Translations under genes and position numbers: made by a program
Assembly: GCA_963779415.1 (NCBI GenBank)
Contig: CAVZYA010000002.1
Span: 1,600,001-1,664,000, forward strand
DNA: 64,000 nucleotides
Direction: 5' to 3'
DNA from: an uncultured Acidobacteriota bacterium
GTDB taxonomy: Bacteria; Acidobacteriota; Thermoanaerobaculia; UBA5066
In this document: piece after piece, positions 10,846 through 21,799 of the stretch
Layout: the number at the start of each line of letters is the position of its first letter
Numbering within the stretch: position 1 is the stretch's first letter
The notes under the pieces: model-generated
Told to the model about the DNA's origin: nothing
Seen by the model: the letters and a program-made list of their open reading frames with translations, nothing else
Database searches by the model: none

Positions 10846-12920
10846 GCGTGCGGGGTGGGATGCTGGGGCGTTACCGCCTCGGGGCGCTCCTCGGGCGCGG
10901 CGGGATGGCCGAAGTCTACCGGGCCGAGGACACGCGGCTCGGCCGACCGGTGGCGGTGAAGGTGATCCTTTCCGACCACGCCGCCGATCCGGGCTTCGTG
11001 GAGAGGTTCCTTCGCGAAGCGCGGCTCGTGGCCTCGCTCGAGCATCCGAACATCCTCCCGGTCTACGACTTCGGCGAGGAGGAGGACGCCCCTATCTCGT
11101 GATGCCGCTCCTCGACGGCGGGACCCTTCGCGACCGGATCGAGGGCGGGCCGGTGCCCTCGCGAAGGCGTCGGTCTGGATCTCGCAGCTCGCGGGCGCTC
11201 TCGACGCGGCGCACGAGGCCGGCATCCTGCACCGCGACGTCAAGCCCGCGAACGTCCTCGTCGGAAGAGGGGAGCGCGTCTTTCTCGGGGACTTCGGCAT
11301 CGCGAAGATGCTGGAGACGATCACGGGCCTCACGGCGACCGGAATGGTGATGGGGACGCCGGTCTACATGGCTCCCGAGCAGGCGCAGGGGCGGCCGGCG
11401 ACGCCCGCGACGGACCGGACTCCCTCGCCGTCGTCGCGTACGAGATGCTCGCGGGAAGGCCGCCGTTCGAAGGGGAGAGCCCGCTCTCGCTGATGCACCA
11501 GCACGTGGCATCGCCCGCTCCGGCGCTCTCGACGAGGGGTCCGGGCCTTCCCCGCGGCCTCGACGCGGTCTTCGCGCGGGCCCTTTCGAAAGAGCCGGCC
11601 GAGAGGCACGCCACCTCCGAAGAGTTCGCGGCCGCCGTCGAGGCCTTCGCGCCGACGGGCGCGACCGGTCCCTTCGAGCCTGCGATTCCCTCCGCGACCG
11701 CGCCGACGATCCGTGCGCCGGGGCGCCTCCGCTCCGTGACGACGCCGCCGTCGAGCCTGACGAGCGACGAGACAATCGTCACGGGAAGGGGGACGAGAAA
11801 GAAGAAGCCGCGGCGTGGCCTTCTCGCGGGCCTGGGATTCGCGGCGGCGCTTTCGGGAGGATTTCTACTTCTGAGGGGGAAGGAAAACGCCCTCCCATCC
11901 GGGGCCGGTGCTGAACAGAAGGCCACCTCCGTCCATGCGGCAACGCCGGAAGATTCTTCGAGAGTGAGAGAGCCCCGGATCGCTGCCTCGCCTCCGCCGT
12001 CGAACGCTTCAGCGCTGCCCGCATCCGATTTACTTTCCGGGAAATCTCCGGTGGTTCCCCCTTCTTCCGACGCCGAAGAGAAGAAGATCGCCGAGCTGGA
12101 AGCGCGGCTGAAGAAGGCGGAAAAGGAGATCGCCGAGGAGTCCGGTGCCGCGAGGTCGATCGTCCCGGCGTCGCCACCGGCGCCGGCGAGCGTGCCGGTC
12201 GCCTCCGAGCCCCCGGCGGAGAACGTGCCGAAGAACGCCGGCCTGCGCGGACTCCGTCCCGCCTTCGAGCGGCTCGATCCGTCGAAGAAGCCGGACGCGC
12301 GGCTTTCGCAGGCGGACTTCGAGTTTGCGGTGGAAAGCGCGCGCCGCGCCTGAAGGGGGATCCCGACCTCCGGGCGGCGCGTTTTCTGGAGATCCTCGGC
12401 AGCGGCGGTCTCGGTCTTACGTCGCTCGTCGCGACGGCGCGGCCTCCCAGGCGGTGCTGGAGGCCTTCGCGTACTCGAAGCGGGTGACGCAGAAGGACAT
12501 CGGTCACCTCGCCTTCCTCGTCCGCAGGCGGGGCGGGGCGATCGTCGCGCCGACGGGGTGGGAGCTTTCGCTCGCCTACGGGGACGCACGGGGGAAGCCG
12601 AGGGGCTTCTCGCCGAGGCGCTCGCGGTACGGCCGAACGATCCGAGGGCGCTTCTCGGCCGGGCCTACCTCCGTCGGATCCAGGGGCGAATGTCCGAGTC
12701 GATTGCCGATCTCCGGCACGCAGTCCAGGCGAACCCGACGCCCGTGGTTCGGCAGGGAGTCCTCGAGGTCCTTCGGACGGAGTGCCGCAGCGGAGTGGCG
12801 GAGGCCTGCGCGGAGGCCGAAAGGATGGCCGCGGCCGCTCCCGAAAGCCCGCGCCGCCGCCTACCCGCCGCGAAAGGGACCGACCCTCCGCGGCTTGACA
12901 CCGCGCGGACCCTCCTCTAG
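10842..12920 (+). CDS. Ser/Thr protein kinase with TM helix and C-terminal TPR-like region, frameshifted
   Basis: [25 protein letters not shown] and [10 protein letters not shown] in successive frames; [21 protein letters not shown]; TPR-like [13 protein letters not shown] in ORF 12558-12920. Confidence 0.75.
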
Positions 12921-12923
12921 ATT
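12895..12923 (+). promoter_or_regulatory. sigma70-type promoter for tRNA-Gly
   Basis: TTGACA (12895-12900), 17-bp spacer, TAGATT (12918-12923), 28 bp upstream of the tRNA. Confidence 0.75.
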
Positions 12924-12951
12924 GCGCCTCCCGGGCGCCCCGGCGCCCTGC

Positions 12952-13026
<75 letters not shown>

Positions 13027-13038
13027 TATCGGATTCGG

Positions 13039-13070
13039 AGGCCCGGCCGACCGCCGGGCCTTCTGCTTTC
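13039..13070 (+). terminator. probable intrinsic terminator after tRNA
   Basis: AGGCCCGGC/GCCGGGCCT stem followed by TCTGCTTTC. Confidence 0.5.
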
Positions 13071-13115
13071 TCGAGTGAACGGGGCGAACGTCCCCGACGG
13101 CGGGGCGGCCGTTCG

Positions 13116-13694
13116 TCATGGCGTCGCGGTTTTCGTCTTTCCCGTCAGGACCGTCACCGGCGCACTCGCCAGGATCAATGGACGGCGGCGCTCGGAAACC
13201 CAGGCAGAGAAGAGGGACCTCCCGTCTCGTTCTGTGAGAAATAAGGCAGGCCCGTCATCGCCCGCCGTGAGCGAGATCGCTCTCTTCTCCTCCTTCTTCT
13301 GCTCGGGTACGGACATCACGAGTGACCCCGAACCGATCAGCGTCCGTTCCACTCCATTCGCGTCGTAGAAGCTGAGGCTGGCCCCGCTTTTCATCGTCCC
13401 GTCAAGTCCGAGAGACGCCCGTATCCTCCCTGAAGCGTCCCGAACCAGGAAGTTCTCGGCCTCCACGGTCTCTCTCTTCTCCGCGAGAGCCTTCCCTGTC
13501 TTCTCCGCAGCCTCCTCCGCAGCCTTTTCGGCTTTCGCCACGCGAGCCTCGAGGCGCGCCTTCATCCAGAGGGACGAGGCGATCCACGCGGCGAGGAAGA
13601 CGAGAAGGAGGGCGGCCAGCATGGAGAGCCATAGGGCCGTCTTCCGCTCGATCTCGGCAATCTTCCGTCTCAGTTCCATCACTTCGTCGCTCAT
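13116..13694 (-). CDS. hypothetical single-pass membrane protein
   Basis: MSDEVMELRRK..., TM ALWLSMLAALLLVFLAAWIA, coiled coil, then short beta repeats (LVRDASGRIRASL; FYDANGVERTLI). Confidence 0.7.
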   Translation of the reverse strand: MSDEVMELRRKIAEIERKTALWLSMLAALLLVFLAAWIASSLWMKARLEARVAKAEKAAEEAAEKTGKALAEKRETVEAENFLVRDASGRIRASLGLDGTMKSGASLSFYDANGVERTLIGSGSLVMSVPEQKKEEKRAISLTAGDDGPALFLTERDGRSLFSAWVSERRRPLILASAPVTVLTGKTKTATP

Positions 13695-13820
13695 GTTCTT
13701 CCTCGCTTCCGGATTTCCACGGGGGAAGCATAGCCGGCCCGCCACCACTCCCTTCTCGTTTCCGGGGCCTATACTTTTCGTGCCGGCTTCGTTTCCGGCG
13801 ACTCCGAAAGAGGTGACCGT

Positions 13821-14270
13821 ATGAGAATCGCGCACCGGATGGCCCTTCCGGCCCTCCTCCTTCTTCCCGCTTCCCTCTTCGCGCAGAGCCCTCCGCCGGC
13901 CGCGGCGAAGGAAGCTCCGAAGCCGGCTGCGGCAGCCCCGGCGCCGGCCGCGGAGGGGCTCGAGGTGAAGCTCTGCCTCGCCATCGAGAACAAGGACCCG
14001 AAGGATCCGGCGACTTCCTTCAAGGTGGCGGACGGCACGAAGGTCTACGCCTGGACCCGAGTGACCGGCGAGCCCGGCGAGGTGACGATCGCCTTCGTGA
14101 AGGGGGACAAGGACGTCTGGACGTTCAAGCTCGCCGTCCCGAGTGTGCCGTACCGGACGAACGCCTACCGGACCTTCCACAAGGGGGACGCGGGCGACTG
14201 GAAAGCCGTCGTTCGCGATTCGTCGGGGAAGGAACTCGGCTCGGCCGCCTTCACGGTCGAGATCGAGTAG
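13821..14270 (+). CDS. secreted DUF2914-like protein
   Basis: Signal peptide, Ala/Pro linker, VYAWTRV...YRTNAYRT...GDWKAVVRDSSGKELG domain. Confidence 0.75.
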   Translation: MRIAHRMALPALLLLPASLFAQSPPPAAAKEAPKPAAAAPAPAAEGLEVKLCLAIENKDPKDPATSFKVADGTKVYAWTRVTGEPGEVTIAFVKGDKDVWTFKLAVPSVPYRTNAYRTFHKGDAGDWKAVVRDSSGKELGSAAFTVEIE

Positions 14271-14294
14271 CTCCGCCCCGGTCCGCCCCGGGCG

Positions 14295-15674
14295 TCAGAC
14301 CAGATGGTGCTCGGGGCGGAGGAGGTCGAAGACCGTCTTCACGGGCGTGAACGTCTCGATCGGGACCTCCACGAAGATGGTGTGCCAGCGCGCCATGGCG
14401 CCGTTCCAGAGGCCGGGGCGCTCGAGCGCGACGAGGTTCCGGCCCGCGAAGCTCTTCCGCGAGAGGAGGACGGCGGACGGGTCGACGAAGTCGGCGAGCC
14501 GGTAAGGCGTTCCGCCCGGCGCGCGGAGCGCGCAGACGAGGTCGACCGGGTTGAAGTGGGTCGAGGCGTTCCAGATCCGCCTCGTCCCGGGCTCTTCGAG
14601 GTCGACCTGGGCCGATTCCACGATCTGGAGGGAAGCGCTCCCGTCCTCGCCTTCCACCCAGAACGGTCCGCCCCCCGGCTCCCCCTCGTTGCGGACGACG
14701 CCGCAGACCCGGACGGGGCGGCCGCAGTCGCCGAGCCGCTCGAGTGTCTCGAGGAGAAGCCCCGCGAGGAGCTTCTTCCAGGTGATCGTCGCTTCGGCGC
14801 GGGAGGAGGGCTGGACGTTGTCGATGTTCTTCACGAAGACGAGGTCGCCGTGCGAAGCCTCGAGGTTCGGGAGGAGCGCGCCGTGTCCGCCGGGGCGGAG
14901 GAGGAGCGACCCGTCCTCGAGGCGGAAGAGACCGCCTTTCTCGTCGAGCGCGATCGTGTCGGTCGAGGGGCTCTGCGACGAGAACGTCACCTCGAGCGTC
15001 AGCTCCTCCGCCAGCTCGATCGGCGGACGGATCTCCCGGAGCGCGGCTTTGAACCGGTCCCGGCACTCCGGGGCGACGGTGAAGTGGACGCGGCAAAAGG
15101 AGCTCGCGTCGCGGACGGTGGCCACCGCCTCGCGCAGATGCTCCTCGAAGGCCGTCCGGGCGCCACCGGGGTAGAGGTGAAACGGGACGAGCGCTTTCGG
15201 AAGATCGGCGAAGCCGAGCCCCCGCGGCGGCGGCGAGAGAAGCACGGAGAGGACCTCTTCGTAGGCGCCGGAAGCCGCGGCGGGCTGGAGGGAGAAGCCG
15301 CGAGCCTTGCAGGCGGCCGCGAGATCGTCCCGGAACGCGAGGCGGTTCAGCCCTTCGAGGAGCTTCTTCGTCCGCTCTCTCTCGAGGGTCGACTTTCCCT
15401 GAAGTCCCTCGAACATCCGGGAGGCGGCCCCGGAGGCCGGGACGAACTTGCTCAGGCGCCCGGCCGCGGCCGCCGCCTCCCAACGCGAGAGAAGCTCCGC
15501 CGTCCTTTCCGGGGGAATCCGCACGATGCCGTCTCCGGGGATCGCCGGCCGGAGGAGCCGCATTCTTCCGGGCGGGTTCGTGAGGAGCCCGATCTGCCGA
15601 AGGACGTCCTCTTCCGGGAGCCTCCGGGCTTCGAGCTGACGACGGTCGGCCTCCGTGAGCAGGCTTTCCGTCAC
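14295..15674 (-). CDS. DUF4301 family protein (nucleotidyltransferase-like)
   Basis: KFVPASGAASRMF, RPGGHGALL, VKNIDNV, GEPGGGPFWV, THFNPVDL, GLWNGAMA, TFTPVKTV. Confidence 0.88.
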   Translation of the reverse strand: MTESLLTEADRRQLEARRLPEEDVLRQIGLLTNPPGRMRLLRPAIPGDGIVRIPPERTAELLSRWEAAAAAGRLSKFVPASGAASRMFEGLQGKSTLERERTKKLLEGLNRLAFRDDLAAACKARGFSLQPAAASGAYEEVLSVLLSPPPRGLGFADLPKALVPFHLYPGGARTAFEEHLREAVATVRDASSFCRVHFTVAPECRDRFKAALREIRPPIELAEELTLEVTFSSQSPSTDTIALDEKGGLFRLEDGSLLLRPGGHGALLPNLEASHGDLVFVKNIDNVQPSSRAEATITWKKLLAGLLLETLERLGDCGRPVRVCGVVRNEGEPGGGPFWVEGEDGSASLQIVESAQVDLEEPGTRRIWNASTHFNPVDLVCALRAPGGTPYRLADFVDPSAVLLSRKSFAGRNLVALERPGLWNGAMARWHTIFVEVPIETFTPVKTVFDLLRPEHHLV

Positions 15675-15678
15675 GTTC

Positions 15679-16584
15679 CTAACTCTGTTTGACCGTCGCG
15701 ACGGCGGGGGACGGCGCCGACTCCTCCAGCATCCGGAGGAGATACCGGCCGTAGTCCCCCTTCTTCATCGGCTCGGCGAGGCGGCGGACGTCGCCGGCCG
15801 AGATGAAGCCCATGTGGAACGCGACTTCCTCGGGACAGGAGACCTTCAGTCCCTGTCGGGCCTCGATCGCGTGTATGTAGGTCGAGGCCATCAGAAGCGC
15901 CTCGGGCGTTCCCGTGTCGAGCCAGGCCATGCCGCGGCCGAGGATCTCGACGTGGAGCTCCGAGAGCGCGAGATAGGCGCGGTTGACGTCGGTGATCTCC
16001 AGCTCGCCTCTCTCCGAAGGCGCGAGCTTCGCCGCGATGTCGAGGACGCGGTTGTCGTAGAAGTAGAGGCCCGTCACGGCGAAGGGCGAGCGCGGCTTCT
16101 CCGGCTTCTCCTCGAGGCCGACGGCTCGACCGTCCTTTCCGAACTCGACGACACCGTAGCGCTCCGGGTCGTGGACGCGGTAGGCGAAGACCGTCGCGCC
16201 CGAGCGCCTCGCCGCCGCCGCCTGCAGGAGCTCCGGGAGGCCGTGCCCGTAAAAGATGTTGTCGCCGAGGGCCAGCGCGACGTGGTCCTTTCCAACGAAG
16301 TCGCGTCCGATCAGGAATGCCTGCGCGAGCCCTTCCGGGCGCGGCTGGACGGCGTACGAGAGGCGGATGCCGAAAGCCGAGCCGTTGCCGAGGAGCCGGA
16401 CGAACCCCGCTTCGTCCTCCGGCGTCGAAATGACGAGGATCTCGCGGATCCCCGAGTGCATCAGGGTGGAGAGCGGGTAATAGACCATCGGCTTGTCGTA
16501 GATGGGGCAGAGCTGCTTGCTGACGGCCCGGGTGAGCGGGTAGAGGCGCGTTCCGGAGCCTCCGGCGAGAATGATCCCCTTCAT
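15679..16584 (-). CDS. rfbA: glucose-1-phosphate thymidylyltransferase
   Basis: [18 protein letters not shown]...[31 protein letters not shown]. Confidence 0.96.
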   Translation of the reverse strand: MKGIILAGGSGTRLYPLTRAVSKQLCPIYDKPMVYYPLSTLMHSGIREILVISTPEDEAGFVRLLGNGSAFGIRLSYAVQPRPEGLAQAFLIGRDFVGKDHVALALGDNIFYGHGLPELLQAAAARRSGATVFAYRVHDPERYGVVEFGKDGRAVGLEEKPEKPRSPFAVTGLYFYDNRVLDIAAKLAPSERGELEITDVNRAYLALSELHVEILGRGMAWLDTGTPEALLMASTYIHAIEARQGLKVSCPEEVAFHMGFISAGDVRRLAEPMKKGDYGRYLLRMLEESAPSPAVATVKQS

Positions 16585-16622
16585 GTCGTCTCCCCGCGGA
16601 TCGTATACGGATTCCGGCGCCG

Positions 16623-18341
16623 TCAGGGGCGCCCCGGGCCGGGGAGGACGCTCTCGCGGATCCTCCGGACCGGGACGGGCCCGGCGTCGAGGACGGAGTC
16701 CATGAAGGACTTCAGCGAGAACGCCGCTCCGCGCGCGGACCTCGCCTCGTCGTAGAGCGCCGAAAGTTCGCGAAAGCCGAGCCAGTAGGTCGTGATCTGG
16801 GGCGAGGTCGAGATCGCGCGCGTCCACATGTTCGCGGCGAAGCGCTCGTCCTGGAGGGCCTCCTTACGGACAAAGAGGAGGACCTCCTCGCGCGTCATCC
16901 CCTTCGTGTGGACCCGGATGTCGACGATCGTCCGGGCGATGTTCTCCATCTGCTTCTTCAGGTGGGCGAGGCGCGGAAGCGGCCCGCCCCAGCCGAGGTC
17001 GAGAAGGAGCCGCTCGCAGAAGGTGCCCCACCCTTCCACGAAGACGCCGTCAGGGAAGAGGGCGCGGATCTTCCGGGGACTCCGCGCGGCCCGCTTCGCC
17101 TGGAGGTAATGCCCGGGGAGGATCTCGTGGGGCGTGATCATGACGTTGAAGTTGTGGTTGAAGTCGCGGAAAAAGGCGTCGCGCTCGGCGGGCGTCGCGC
17201 CGTCCGGAGGCGTCGGAAGGAAGAAGAGCGTCTTCGATTCGGGAGCGTAGGGGCCGGCCGGGTAGACGCCTCCCACGGCCTGCCCGGAAAGATAGGCGGG
17301 AGAGCGGTCGATCCGGAGCGTGAGGGGGTCGGGAAGGGTGACGACCGGGTTCTTCCTGAGAAAGGCGTCGACTTCCGCGACGAGAGACCGGTAGTCCTCG
17401 ATGAACGCCTCGACGCTCGCGGCCCGGTCCTCGGCGATTCGCGAGAAGAGACGCCCGAGAAGCACGGCGTCGTTCCCGGGGGCGGGTTCGTCGGGGAAGA
17501 TCGCGCTCCAGACCGTCCGCCCGTATGCGGCGGCTTCCTTCTTCTTCGCGACGAGCGCGGCTTCGGCCTCGGCGAGAAGCGCCTCGGGGGGCGTCGTGAC
17601 ACCCGTACCGGTTCGCAGGCTCTCGGCGTAAAGGCTCCCGAGGCGGGGCGAGCCCGTGGCGCTCTTTCCCTTCGCATCGAGGAAGGCCGCGAGGCGGTCG
17701 AGGGCCGTCGCGGCGGCGGTGCCGGTCGTCGCGGCCTCTCGCAGGACTTCGGGGCCGAGGGGATCGGCCGATCGAACGAACCCCCCACGGTAGAAGGCGG
17801 CGGTGGCCCGGGCCTGCCCGGCGGCGAGAGCGCAGATCTCGGGGGCGAGGGCCGTCCGGGGAGCCGGCGCGAGCGCCGCCTCGGCGTCCGCGGCGAGAGC
17901 CGGAATTCCCTTCGCCCGTCCCCGCGCGCGGCGGTGGCGCTCGGCGAACGGGAGGTCGTCTCGGAGGAGGAGATGGACGTGGGCGCCGGCGAGGATCCCG
18001 GTCCAGAAGAGAGGGTCGCGCTCGGGTCGGCGGAGTGTTCCCCACTCGAAGACGACGCGCTCGGCGGCGACGAGGAGAAGCGCGGCGTCGAGGCGGTCGT
18101 CCCGCGGAAGATCGGGCGCGGCGAGGGAGGCGCGGAGAAGCGCCGCCGTTCTCCGGTTCCGCTCCAGCCACTCGGCCCGCCGGGCCGAAGGGAGCGATTC
18201 GAGCGCCTCGTCGAAATCGTGGAGCCCCGCTTCCGTGGCGCGGGAGGGAAAGGTCCGGAAGGTCGCCGCGAGGTAGGCGTCGGCGACGGGAGGAATCAGC
18301 CCGGCCGCGGCGGCCGCCGCGAGGAAGAAAACGGCAAGCAT
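16623..18341 (-). CDS. DUF885 family protein (metallopeptidase-like)
   Basis: Signal peptide; [29 protein letters not shown] motifs. Confidence 0.85.
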   Translation of the reverse strand: MLAVFFLAAAAAAGLIPPVADAYLAATFRTFPSRATEAGLHDFDEALESLPSARRAEWLERNRRTAALLRASLAAPDLPRDDRLDAALLLVAAERVVFEWGTLRRPERDPLFWTGILAGAHVHLLLRDDLPFAERHRRARGRAKGIPALAADAEAALAPAPRTALAPEICALAAGQARATAAFYRGGFVRSADPLGPEVLREAATTGTAAATALDRLAAFLDAKGKSATGSPRLGSLYAESLRTGTGVTTPPEALLAEAEAALVAKKKEAAAYGRTVWSAIFPDEPAPGNDAVLLGRLFSRIAEDRAASVEAFIEDYRSLVAEVDAFLRKNPVVTLPDPLTLRIDRSPAYLSGQAVGGVYPAGPYAPESKTLFFLPTPPDGATPAERDAFFRDFNHNFNVMITPHEILPGHYLQAKRAARSPRKIRALFPDGVFVEGWGTFCERLLLDLGWGGPLPRLAHLKKQMENIARTIVDIRVHTKGMTREEVLLFVRKEALQDERFAANMWTRAISTSPQITTYWLGFRELSALYDEARSARGAAFSLKSFMDSVLDAGPVPVRRIRESVLPGPGRP

Positions 18342-18454
18342 GACGGGATCGTAAGCCTGCCGGACAGAACCCCGACGGTCCGGATTGCGTATTCTCCGGC
18401 GGGAGGGTTCGCGCCTGTGAGAGGAGGCTCCGCGAAGGGGAGGGTCCGGGTCCG

Positions 18455-20893
18455 ATGAGGCGCTGGGGCCTTCCGCTCGCCGGACTCTTCGGGCTCGTCG
18501 TCTACGCCGCCCTCCTGCCGCTCTTCCGGACGGTCCAGCCGGAGGGGCTCGCCATCACGCGAGCCGACGCCCGGCGCATCGCGGACGTCGAGGCGCGCGC
18601 CCTGAATGTCGACGTCGGCAGCGCCTTCGCCGTCACGACGTGGGAGAACTCCGACATCCTCGAGAAGGAGTTCCGGGGAGACGCGGCGCGGCGGCGCGCG
18701 GCGGAGCACGATCCGGTCGTCGGCCCGCGGCTCGCCGGCTTCAAGGTCACCTATTACCGGCCGGGACTCGAGAAGAACCCGCCCTGGGCGGAAGTCGTCG
18801 TCGGGGTCGACGGAAAGGTCCTCTGGGCGCTGCGCCGGTTCCGGGCGGAAGAGACCGGTTCGTCGCCGTCGGTTGAATCGCTGAGGCCGAAGGCCGACGG
18901 GTTCGTCCGGTCGCGCTCCTTCCCGGGCGCGCCGTCGCCCGTCTTCGAGGATGTCCGCCCGACCGTCCTCCGCGGCCGGACGGATCACGTCTTCCGGTAC
19001 CGGGTGAAGCCCGGCATCCCGACCGGCGACGTCGTCTTCTACCTCGGCGTTGAATACGCAGGAGACGACCTCGCCGGCTGGATCCTCCTCGAGGAGTATG
19101 CGGACGGACGGGGCTACCGGAGCGAATCGGGCGGAAACGTCGTGATCGCGTTCGTCCGCTTCGGCCTCCTTTTCGCCCTCCTGATCGGACTCGTCGTCGT
19201 CTTCCTCCGGAAGTACCACGCGGGCGAGGCCGGCGTCGAGACGGCCAGCGTCGTCTTCGCCGTCATGCTCGGCCTCTGCCTCGCGGCGGACGTCCTGACG
19301 GCGACCCTGTTCGGCTACGGGACGGGGCTCGGGAGCCTCGACGGGCGCTCGACGACCGTCGCGGCGGCGGGCTTCCGGTTTCTCTTCTTCGACCTTCCGC
19401 TCTCCCTTCTCGTGTTCGTGGCCTGGTCGGTCGGGGAGAGCGTCGCGCGCGAGCGGTGGGGGGCGCGGCTCGCCTCGTTCGACGCCATTCTGAAACGGGA
19501 CGTGCTCAACGCGACGGTCGGGAGCTCCGTCCTCGCGGGGGCCGCGGCGGCGCCGGCGATCGCGGCGGCGACGCTCCTCGCGGGCCTGCCGCTCCTCCTT
19601 TCGGGAAAGGCGCACCCGGCGCTCGGGGACGGGACGGTCCTGACCCTCGGATCGGCGGGGGGCTCGCTCACGGGAGTCGTCCTCTCGGCAGCGGATGCTC
19701 TGGCCGGATCCTCCGTCGTCCTCCTCTGCATCCTCGGCTCGTTCTGGCGGAAGGGGCGGATCGCCGCCGGCGCGATCCTCGCCGTGCTGGCCGGCGCCTT
19801 CACGATCGGCCTCCCGGCTCCGATCGGCCCGACGGCGGCCGAGATCGCCGCGGGGGCCGGGGGCGCCGTGGCGGTCATCGCCATCTTCCTCGCGTCGGAC
19901 CTCCTGGCGGCGGGCGTGGCGATCTTCGGCGCCGTCCTGATCTCCGGGTTCGCGCCGCTCCTTCCCGGGCTCTCCGGGCCCGCGCGGGTCGGGCCCGTCC
20001 TCGCGCTCCTCCTCCCGTTCGCCATTCTCGTCGCCGTGGGGGTGGCCGGCCTCGCGACGCGCCGCCGCGTTGAGTACGCCTACGACGATCTGGCGCCGCA
20101 CGTGAAGCGAATCATGGAGCGGGAGCGGATCAAGGCCGAGATCGATGCCGCAAACCGGATCCAGGCGGCGCTCCTCCCGAAGGACGATCCGGATCTTTCC
20201 GGCGCGACGATCGCCTCGCATTACCGGGCGGCGACGGAGATCGGCGGGGATTACTTCGATTTCCTCCCGCTTCCGGACGGCTCGCTGGGCCTCGTCTGCG
20301 GAGACGTCTCGGGGCACGGCCTGACGAGCGGGATCGTCATGGCCATGGCGAAGTCGGCCCTCCTCGTCCAGGTGGGCTACGACGCCTCCCCCCGTCGGGT
20401 CCTCGAGGTGCTGAACGACACGGTGATGAAGACGGCGCCGAAGCGGATTCTCATGACGTTCTTCTTCGGCGTCCTCGACCTCGCCGAGCAGCGCCTCGTC
20501 TACTCCTCGGCCGGCCACCTCGACCCGTACGTCTTTCGCGCGGGGACGGGGAGTATCGAGTCCCTCTCGGCGTGGGGCTTCCCGCTCGGGGTTAAGCGCC
20601 GGACCCCCTTCGTGGAGCACGAAGCCCGTTTCGAGCCGGGCGACCGGCTCGTCCTCTACAGCGACGGGCTCATCGAGGCTCTCGACGACGACGGGGAGCC
20701 TTTCGGCTTCGCGCGCTTCGAGGCGCTCCTGGCGAAGAACGGTGGCCGCTCCTCGGGCGAGATCCGGCGGGTCCTCCTCGACGCCGTCGCGACGTTCACC
20801 CGCAACCGGCCTCCCGAGGACGACCAGACCCTCGTCGTCGTCTCTTTCGAGGAGGCCGAAGAGGTTTCCGGACGCCTTCGCCGCGCGGTCTGA
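18455..20893 (+). CDS. membrane-bound PP2C/SpoIIE-type Ser phosphatase
   Basis: Extracytoplasmic N-domain, about 10 TM helices, C-terminal IGGDYFD, GDVSGHG, YSDGLIE, EDDQT. Confidence 0.9.
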   Translation: MRRWGLPLAGLFGLVVYAALLPLFRTVQPEGLAITRADARRIADVEARALNVDVGSAFAVTTWENSDILEKEFRGDAARRRAAEHDPVVGPRLAGFKVTYYRPGLEKNPPWAEVVVGVDGKVLWALRRFRAEETGSSPSVESLRPKADGFVRSRSFPGAPSPVFEDVRPTVLRGRTDHVFRYRVKPGIPTGDVVFYLGVEYAGDDLAGWILLEEYADGRGYRSESGGNVVIAFVRFGLLFALLIGLVVVFLRKYHAGEAGVETASVVFAVMLGLCLAADVLTATLFGYGTGLGSLDGRSTTVAAAGFRFLFFDLPLSLLVFVAWSVGESVARERWGARLASFDAILKRDVLNATVGSSVLAGAAAAPAIAAATLLAGLPLLLSGKAHPALGDGTVLTLGSAGGSLTGVVLSAADALAGSSVVLLCILGSFWRKGRIAAGAILAVLAGAFTIGLPAPIGPTAAEIAAGAGGAVAVIAIFLASDLLAAGVAIFGAVLISGFAPLLPGLSGPARVGPVLALLLPFAILVAVGVAGLATRRRVEYAYDDLAPHVKRIMERERIKAEIDAANRIQAALLPKDDPDLSGATIASHYRAATEIGGDYFDFLPLPDGSLGLVCGDVSGHGLTSGIVMAMAKSALLVQVGYDASPRRVLEVLNDTVMKTAPKRILMTFFFGVLDLAEQRLVYSSAGHLDPYVFRAGTGSIESLSAWGFPLGVKRRTPFVEHEARFEPGDRLVLYSDGLIEALDDDGEPFGFARFEALLAKNGGRSSGEIRRVLLDAVATFTRNRPPEDDQTLVVVSFEEAEEVSGRLRRAV

Positions 20894-20944
20894 GAGGGAT
20901 CGGCGATGTAAAATGACCGTTCCATGACGAAAGGAGTCCATCAC

Positions 20945-21787
20945 GTGAAGACACTCGCGAGGGGAACGCTGGTTCTCCTGTTTGCGGCGGCCACGGCCCG
21001 GGCGCAGTTCGAGGGCGAGGCCGACATGAAGATCACGGTGACCGGTGGCGCCAAGGGAATGTCGACGACGGGCGCCGGAAAGACCTACATCTCGAAGATC
21101 GGGTGGCGGAGCGAGATCGAGATGTCGAACCCCCAGATGGCTGCGATGAACGGCGGCAAGCCGTTCCGGATGGTCAGCCTCGGCAAGCTCGCGGATCCCG
21201 ACCTCATGTACACGGTGAACGACTCGACGAAGACCTACGCCGTGATCAACGCCAAGGAGATGCGCGAGATGGCGGCGAAGATCGACAAGAAGGAGAAGAA
21301 GTTCGCCGTCGAGAAGCTCGGCAGGGACCACGTGGCGGGCCTCGCCTGCGAGAAGGTCCACGTGGCCGAGGAGGGCGGCGGGATGGTGATCGACGCCTGC
21401 ATGTCGAAGGAGTTCGCGAGCGGTGAGTGGATGAAGGCGATGAACCGCGGCGGCCGCGGCGCGGGAGACTGGATGAAAGCCGTCCGCGACGCCGGCGTCG
21501 ACGGATACCCGGTCCGGATGACGATGACGTCGAAGGAAATGACGGGAGCGACGACGTCGATGGAGATCACGAAGGTCGAGCGGAAGAGCATTCCCGCCTC
21601 GATGTTCGAGGTCCCGCGCGGCTACAAGGAGACGAGCGTCATGGGCGCGATGGCCCAGTCTCCCGAGCAGGCCAAGCAGATGGAGGACGCCCAGAAGCAG
21701 CTCCAGAAGGCGATGGAGAACATGACTCCCGAGCAGCGCAAGATGCTCGAGGAGATGATGAAGAAGCAGGCGCCTCCGAAGCAGTAG
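20945..21787 (+). CDS. secreted DUF4412-like protein
   Basis: GTG start after AAGGAG, signal peptide ending ARA-QFEG, Met-rich, IPASMFEVPRGYKE motif. Confidence 0.75.
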   Translation: MKTLARGTLVLLFAAATARAQFEGEADMKITVTGGAKGMSTTGAGKTYISKIGWRSEIEMSNPQMAAMNGGKPFRMVSLGKLADPDLMYTVNDSTKTYAVINAKEMREMAAKIDKKEKKFAVEKLGRDHVAGLACEKVHVAEEGGGMVIDACMSKEFASGEWMKAMNRGGRGAGDWMKAVRDAGVDGYPVRMTMTSKEMTGATTSMEITKVERKSIPASMFEVPRGYKETSVMGAMAQSPEQAKQMEDAQKQLQKAMENMTPEQRKMLEEMMKKQAPPKQ

Positions 21788-21799
21788 GGAGTCTTCGCG

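Noticed and set aside
18296-21361. Long antisense or alternate-frame ORFs (e.g. 18296-21361, 56726-60460, 39301-42171, 53642-56383, 4142-5650)
   Set aside because: Shadow ORFs typical of high-GC DNA: Arg/Pro/Gly-rich, no motifs, and overlapping well-supported genes
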